A DNA stretch of 64,000 nucleotides from Hypanus sabinus. Its lineage: Eukaryota. The translations under genes were made by a program, and so were the position numbers. Within the stretch, counting starts at the first letter, position 1, and each line of letters starts with the position of its first letter. The notes below the pieces were generated by a model, which was not told where the DNA came from, ran no database searches, and saw only the letters and a program-made list of their open reading frames with translations. Location of the stretch: assembly GCF_030144855.1 (NCBI RefSeq), contig NC_082727.1:18538001-18602000 (forward strand), given 5' to 3'. Below, one piece after another: positions 59,804 to 64,000 of the stretch.

Positions 59804-62800
59804 ACTGAAAGGAAAGATAGTAAGAGATTTGAAAGTGGGAGAGGGTGGGGGAGATCCGAAATGATAGGAGAAGACCGGAGGGGGAGGTGTGAAGCTAAGA
59901 GCTGGAAAGGTGATTGGCGAAAGTGATACAGAGCTGGAGAAGGGAAAGGATCATGGGATGGGAGGCCTAAGGAGAAAGAAAGGGGGGGGGGGGCACCAGA
60001 GGGAGATGGAGAACAAGGCAGAGTGATTGTGAGAGGGACAGAGAGAGAAAAAAGAGAGAAAAGAAGAAGAAAAAGAGGGAAAATAATAAATAAATAAGGG
60101 ATGGGGTAAGAAGGGGAGGGGGGCATTAACGGAAATTAGAGAAATCAATGTCCATGCCATCAGGTTGGAGGCTACCCAGCCGGTATATAAGGTGTTCCTC
60201 CAACCTGAGTTTGGATTCATTTTGACAGTAGAGGAGGCCTGAATTGACATATCAGAATGGAAATGAGATGTGGAATTAAAATGTGTGGCTACCGGGAGAT
60301 CCTGCTTTCTCTGGCGGACAGAGAGTAGGTGTTCAGCGAAACGGTCTCACAGTCTGCGTCGGGTCTCACCAATATATAAAAGGCCACACCGGGAGCACCG
60401 GACGCAGTATACCACACCAGCCGACTCACAGGTGAAGTGTCGCCTCACCTGGAAGGACTGTCTGGGGCCCTGAATGGTGGTGAGGGAGGAAGTGTAAGGG
60501 CAGGTGTAGCACTTGTTCCGTTTACAAGGATAAGTGCCAGGAGGGAGATCAGTGGGAAGGGATGGGGGGGACAAATGGACAAGGGAGTTGCGTAGGGAGT
60601 GATCCCTGCAAAAAGCAGAAAGGTGGGGGGAGGGAAAGATGTGCTTGGTGGTGGGATCCTGTTGGAGGTGGCAGAAGTTACGGAGAATTATACGTTGGAC
60701 CGGGAGGCTGCTTGGGTGGTAGGTGAGGACAAGGGGAACCCTATCCCTAGTGGGGTGGCGGGAGGGTGGGTTGAGAGCGGATGTGCATGAAATGGGAGAG
60801 ATACGTTTGAGAGCAGAGCTGATGGTGGAGGAAGGGAAGCCCCTTTCTCTAAAAAAGGAAGATGGCTCCTTCATCCTGGAATGAAAAGCCTCATCCTGAG
60901 AGCAGATGCGGCGGAGACGGAGGAATTGTGAGAAGGGGATAGCAAGAGACAGGGTGGAAAGAGGAATAGTCCAGGTAGCTGTGAGAGTCTGTAGGGTTAT
61001 AGTAGATATCAGTAGATAGGCCGTCTCCAGAGATGGAGACAGAAAGATCAAGAAAGGGGAGGGAGGTGTCAGAAAAGGACCAGGTAAATTTGAGGGCAGG
61101 GTGTAAGTTGGAGGCAAAGTTAATGAAGTCGATGAGTGCCACACTAAGCAACATCCTGCTGTACCTCCTGTCCAAAGCCCTCATCCTTCCTGTAATGGGG
61201 CAACCAGATCTGCACACAGTACTCAAGGTGCAAAAGTTCAAGGTCAATGTTATTATCAAAGTACATATATATCACCACACACAGCTCTGGGGTTTATTTT
61301 CCTGTGGGCATGCTCAGCAAATCTATAGAACAGTAACTATATCAGGATCAATGAAAGGTCAACCAGAGTGCAGAAGACAACAAACTGTGCAAATGCAGAT
61401 ATAAACAAGTAGCAATAAATAACAAGAACATGAGATAAAGAGTCCTTCAAGTGAGATCATTGGTTGCGGAAATATCTCAACGATGGGGCAAGTGAGTGTA
61501 GTTATCTCCTTTTATTCAAGAGCCTGATGGTTGTAGGGTAGTAACTTGAACCTGGTAGTGCGAGTCTTGAGGCCTTTGTACCTTCTAGCAGCGAGGAGAG
61601 AGCATGACCTGGGCGGTGGGGGTCTCTGATGATGGATGCCACATTCCTACCCCAGTGTTTCACGTAGATGTGCTCAATGGTCGGGAGGGCTTTACTCCCA
61701 GCCCCGTCACCGTCATCTTAAAGATCTGTCAAGCTCTAACTGTTCCGATTCCTCCAGTTCTGACCCTAAACCAGCAGCCGATGGGCACCAACACCCAGTG
61801 CTGGCGTGGTTGAAATGGTTAACCTTCCCCCTCACTGGTCCTGGCTGCCCTCAGTAGCTGTGTGAACTTTGGTTTTGAACCTGGATTCAGTCACAACTTG
61901 GACCTACCCAGGTTTGTCATTTGCCTGTCCGTATGAGGAAAGGTTGAGCAAGCCAGGGTGTTTCTCTCTGAATCGAAGGAGGGAGCGAGGTGACTTGGTA
62001 GAGGTGTGGAAGATGATGAGAGTGGACAGCTGGAGACACAGGGGGCATTATTTTAAGGTAACTGGAGGAAGGTAAAGGGGAGGGGGGATGTCAGAGGATG
62101 TAGCTACATGGAATTCACTAATGGGGGTGGTGGTAGATGCAGATACATCAGGGACATTTAAGAAACTCTTAAATAGGCACATGGATGATAGAAAAATGGA
62201 GGGCTGTGCAGGAGGGTTAGATCTTTGAGTAGCATATTGAATTGGCACAACAATGTAGACCAAAGTGCGCTGTGCTGTCCATTTTATATAAATACTAGGA
62301 ATCTAGCTTCTGAACTGGTAAATTCATTTATCGTGGTCACATACAAAATGCTGGAGGAACTCAGCAGGCCAGGCAGCACCTAGGGAAAAAAGTTGTCAAC
62401 ATTTCAGGCCAAAACGTCAGCTGTACTCTTTACCATCGAAGCTGCCTGGCCTTCAGAATTGTGTGTGTGTTTGTTTGTGTGTGTGTTGCTTGGATTTCCA
62501 GCATCTGCAGATTTTCTCTTGTTAGTGTTATGGTCACATGCTCCGTTTAGCAGAGTTGAGAAAGAGAGAAGGTGGGGAGGTTTTTGTGGGACAAAGGGGA
62601 ATGTGTGTGATAGGATTCATCTGGACACTTATCAGGAATTTCAGCTTCTTTGACAAGAAGGATGCGGCGGCTTTGCGGAGATGGTGCAGGAGAGGTAGCT
62701 GCCCAAATTAGAGGGCATGTACAACAAGCAGAGGTTGGATAGACCTGGGCTATTTTCTCTGGAGAAGCAGAGGCTGAGGGGAGACCTGATTAAAGTTTAT

Positions 62801-63269
62801 AAGATTATAACAGGCACAGATAGACGCCTGGCCCCTTTCTCCCAGAGAAATACCTAATACCTGAAAGCATACATTTAAGGTGAGAGGGAGTGTGTTCAAA
62901 GGAGATATACAGAGCAAGTATTTTACTGGGTGCCTGAAATGTGTTAGCTGAGGAGAAAGATATGGTAGAGGTGTTTAAGACATAGGCATACTTCGATATT
63001 AAATTTACCTTTTAAACTTTTTTTTAGTCCTGGGGGAGTGGTGGAGGCAGATGTGACAGAGGCATTTAAAATCAGAATCAGGTTTAATATCACCAGCATA
63101 TGTTGTGAAATTGGTTAACTTTGCGGCAGCAGTACATTGTAATACATGATAAATATAGAAAGTAAACTGAATTGCAGTAAATGTATATGTATATTAAAAA
63201 AAGTTGTGCAAAAACAGAAATTTAATAAAGCATTGAGGTAGTATTTATGGGCTCAATGTCCATTCAGAA

Positions 63270-63690
63270 ATTAGATGGCAGAGGGGAAGAAGCTGTTCCT
63301 GAATCACTGACTGCGTGCCCTCAGCCTTCTGTACCTCCTTCCTGATGGTAACAATCAGAAAAGTTCATGTCCGGGCTGATGGGGGTTCTTAATGATGGAT
63401 GTCACCTGTTGAGACATTGTTCCTGGAAGGTGTCCTGGACACTACGGAGGCCGGTGCCCATGATGAAGCTAACTAAGTTTACAACTCTCTGCAGCTTACT
63501 TCCATCCTGTGCATTAGCCCCCCACCCCACCATACCAGACGGCGATGCGGCCGGTCAGAATGCTCTCCACGGTAACTCTGCAGAAATTTGCGAGTGTTTT
63601 TGGTGACATACCAAAGCTCCTCAAACCGCTAATGAAATAGAGCCGCAGTCTTGTCTTCTTTAAAGCTGCAAAGATATGTTGGGGCAAGGT
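63270..63690 (-). mobile_element. Rex1/Babar LINE 3' fragment
   Basis: KKTRLRLYFISGLRSFGMSPKTLANFCRVTVESILTGRIAVWYG. Confidence 0.8.
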
Positions 63691-63696
63691 ACGTAT

Positions 63697-64000
63697 ATGT
63701 GAGCTGCCTAAATGACTATCGCCCGGTAGCACTCACATCGACAGTGATGAAATGCTTTGAGAGGTTGGTTATGACTAGACTGAACTCCTGTCTCAGCAAG
63801 GACCTGGACCCATTGCAATTTGCCTATTGCCACAATAGGTCAATGGCAGATGCAATCTCAATGGCTCTCCACACGGCTTTAGACCACCTAGACAACACAA
63901 ACACCTACATCAGGCTATGTTCATTGACTATAGCTCAGCATTTAATACCATCATTCCCACAATCCTGATTGAGAAGTTACAGAACCTGGGCCTCTGTACC
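63697..64000 (+). mobile_element. Rex1/Babar LINE RT (runs off the window)
   Basis: CLNDYRPVALTSTVMKCFERLV...LDPLQFAY...ADAISMALHTALDHLD. Confidence 0.88.

Larger units (their letters stand above)
59627..61140 (-). mobile_element. Penelope-like element (Neptune-type), 5'-truncated: RT C-terminus, Cys-rich linker, GIY-YIG endonuclease and hammerhead-bearing terminal repeat
   Basis: LPFLDLSVSISGDGLSTDIYYNPTDSHSYL, IPFSQFLRLRRICS, PLVLTYHP, CKRNKCYTC, FTCESAGVVYCVRCSRCGLLYIGETRRRL (GIY-YIG). Confidence 0.92.

Noticed and set aside
57-63968. Most remaining six-frame ORFs
   Set aside because: They are antisense or off-frame translations of CR1, Rex1, SINE or PLE remnants or low-complexity sequence, with no support as host genes.

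Overview
Eukaryotic (vertebrate) genomic DNA. The repeat landscape (CR1, Rex1/Babar, RTE, L1, V-domain SINEs, Penelope-like elements) suggests a cartilaginous fish, probably a ray or shark; this is inference. The window holds one spliced protein-coding gene on the + strand: a divergent CREBRF (CREB3 regulatory factor / Luman recruiting factor / REPTOR-family bZIP) homologue. It has 8 coding exons (7821-7829, 19341-19463, 27885-28845, 32052-32243, 33806-33995, 38910-38983, 39694-39816, 41221-41309; 1761 nt, 586 aa), all with GT-AG introns in compatible phases. A roughly 8.6 kb transposon-poor putative 3'UTR follows, ending at AATAAA 49913. Introns and flanks are packed with transposons: a solo LTR, an internally deleted Gypsy element with a near in-frame Gag-integrase fusion, a decayed Gypsy split by an L1, RTE, CR1, Rex1, Tc1 and a Neptune-type Penelope-like element (PLE). 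The most notable non-coding signal is a family of minimal type-I hammerhead ribozyme motifs (CUGANGA-A-stemII-GAAA-CG-UC). They occur as a tandem pair at the end of the PLE and as decayed copies in many short fold-back elements across the window. Other notable items are a duplicated sequence module and clustered miR-17/miR-430-type seed sites in the 3'UTR. Most entries in the ORF track are spurious or transposon-derived.
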